Positions 62,896 through 64,000 of a stretch of DNA of 64,000 bases are shown here, in pieces (positions within the stretch are counted from its first letter, which is position 1; each line of letters begins with the position of its first letter). Made by a program: the position numbers and the translations under genes. The notes under the pieces are model-generated. The model saw nothing but the letters and a program-made list of their open reading frames with translations, had not been told where the DNA came from and did not search any database. Source of the stretch: Micrococcales bacterium (GTDB lineage Bacteria; Actinomycetota; Actinomycetes; Actinomycetales; Microbacteriaceae); assembly GCA_024641015.1 (NCBI GenBank), contig JAHEDU010000003.1:3713-67712 (forward strand), given 5' to 3'.

Positions 62896-63459
62896 ATGTT
62901 GGCAACCGTTCGAGGAACGGTAACGGGCGTCGGTTCTTCCACGGTCGTTATCGAAACGGGTGGCGTCGGGTACGAACTTCACGTTCCCCGTGACGTCGCC
63001 CTGACTTTGCGCGCAGGTGCCGATGCGTTCCTTCACACCGTTCTCATCCCTCGTGAAGACGAGTGGCTGTTGTTTGGCTTCCTCGACCCAGCATCAAAGG
63101 AACTCTTCCAGTTGCTGCGAGGTGTCACCGGAGTCGGACCTAAGACCGCTCTCGCGGTTTTGTCCACGCTGTCGAACGATGAAATCGACGCGGCGGTGAC
63201 CGCCGGTGACGACTCACGTTTCCGTAGCGTTCCTGGAATTGGTCAAAAGACGGCGTCTCTGATAATCGTGAGTTTGACCGGCAAGATGCCTCAGTCGGGC
63301 GGGTCGGACGTGACGGATCTGACAGCGGCACTCACCGGTCTTGGCTGGGCGATCAACGCGGCGACAGAAACCGCCCGAGACGTTGTCCGCGACCACCCTG
63401 ATGCATCGCTGTCCGACCGGATCCGTGCCGCACTCGCCACACTCGGCGGTCGCGCGTGA
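62896..63459 (+). CDS. ruvA: Holliday junction branch migration protein A
   Basis: GGVGY, VTGVGPK and VPGIG-x-KTA motifs. Confidence 0.95.
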   Translation: MLATVRGTVTGVGSSTVVIETGGVGYELHVPRDVALTLRAGADAFLHTVLIPREDEWLLFGFLDPASKELFQLLRGVTGVGPKTALAVLSTLSNDEIDAAVTAGDDSRFRSVPGIGQKTASLIIVSLTGKMPQSGGSDVTDLTAALTGLGWAINAATETARDVVRDHPDASLSDRIRAALATLGGRA

Positions 63460-64000
63460 CCGACGAAACACCCGACGACCTCGTCTTCGAGGGAGCCCTT
63501 CGACCTGACACGCTCGACGAATTCGTCGGTCAGGAGAAGGTCCGCACACAGCTTTCGGTTCTGCTTGATGCCGCCCGAATGGAATCGCGTTCGCCCGACC
63601 ACATCCTGCTTGCTGGCCCACCCGGCCTGGGTAAGACGACTCTCGCGATGATCGTCGCGCACGCGGCGCAAAGCCCGCTCCGCCTCGCCAGTGGTCCCGG
63701 AATCAAACACACGGGCGATTTGGCTGCCATTCTCTCGTCGTTGCAACCTGGCGAAACGCTCTTCATCGACGAAATCCACCGCCTCCACCGCTCCGTCGAA
63801 GAGATGTTGTACCTCGCGATGGAGGACTATCGAATTGACATTGTGGTCGGCAAGGGACCCGGCGCTACGACAGTTCCGCTTGAAATTGCGCCCTTCACTC
63901 TGGTTGGTGCAACTACTCGGTCCGGAATGCTTCCCGCACCCCTTCGCGACCGGTTTGGTTTCACTGCGCACCTCGAATATTACGAAGCCGACGAAATCGC
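63456..64000 (+). CDS. ruvB: Holliday junction helicase B, runs off the right edge
   Basis: Manual translation from the GTG at 63456 gives [33 protein letters not shown] and LRDRFG. Confidence 0.95.
   Translation, partial: MTDETPDDLVFEGALRPDTLDEFVGQEKVRTQLSVLLDAARMESRSPDHILLAGPPGLGKTTLAMIVAHAAQSPLRLASGPGIKHTGDLAAILSSLQPGETLFIDEIHRLHRSVEEMLYLAMEDYRIDIVVGKGPGATTVPLEIAPFTLVGATTRSGMLPAPLRDRFGFTAHLEYYEADEI

Overview
High-GC, gene-dense actinobacterial chromosome segment. Gene content and order suggest the family Microbacteriaceae (inference). It is mostly core genome: a mannitol-type PTS locus with a divergent PRD regulator, nif3/Zn-ribbon/RNase HI/rnpB, ppgK, panB, nadE, glnA2-glnE-glnA1, dlaT-lpdA-pepA, sigA, topoisomerase IV, sepH, dut, acnA, dxs, fadAB, rnd, zapE, two tandem amt genes, four tRNAs, thrS, pdxST, yebC and ruvCAB. 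No transposase, integrase, prophage or CRISPR array is visible. The most interesting feature is the cell-wall locus at 29266-32883. A MurT-like ligase and a GatD homologue lacking its catalytic Cys face two coupled alanine-racemase-like genes with complementary defects. One keeps the PLP lysine but lacks the catalytic Tyr and has Asp at the Tyr354 gate. The other keeps the catalytic Tyr but lacks the PLP lysine and most of the barrel. I infer a heterodimeric diamino-acid racemase plus a repurposed MurT/GatD that build the group-B peptidoglycan bridge; this is untested. Other points are a tandem Amt paralogue with a His-to-Glu change in the twin-His pore, tRNA-Val-linked palindromic repeats, and many leaderless-type promoters, several of which overlap the upstream stop codon. 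All calls come from reading motifs; no database searches were run.
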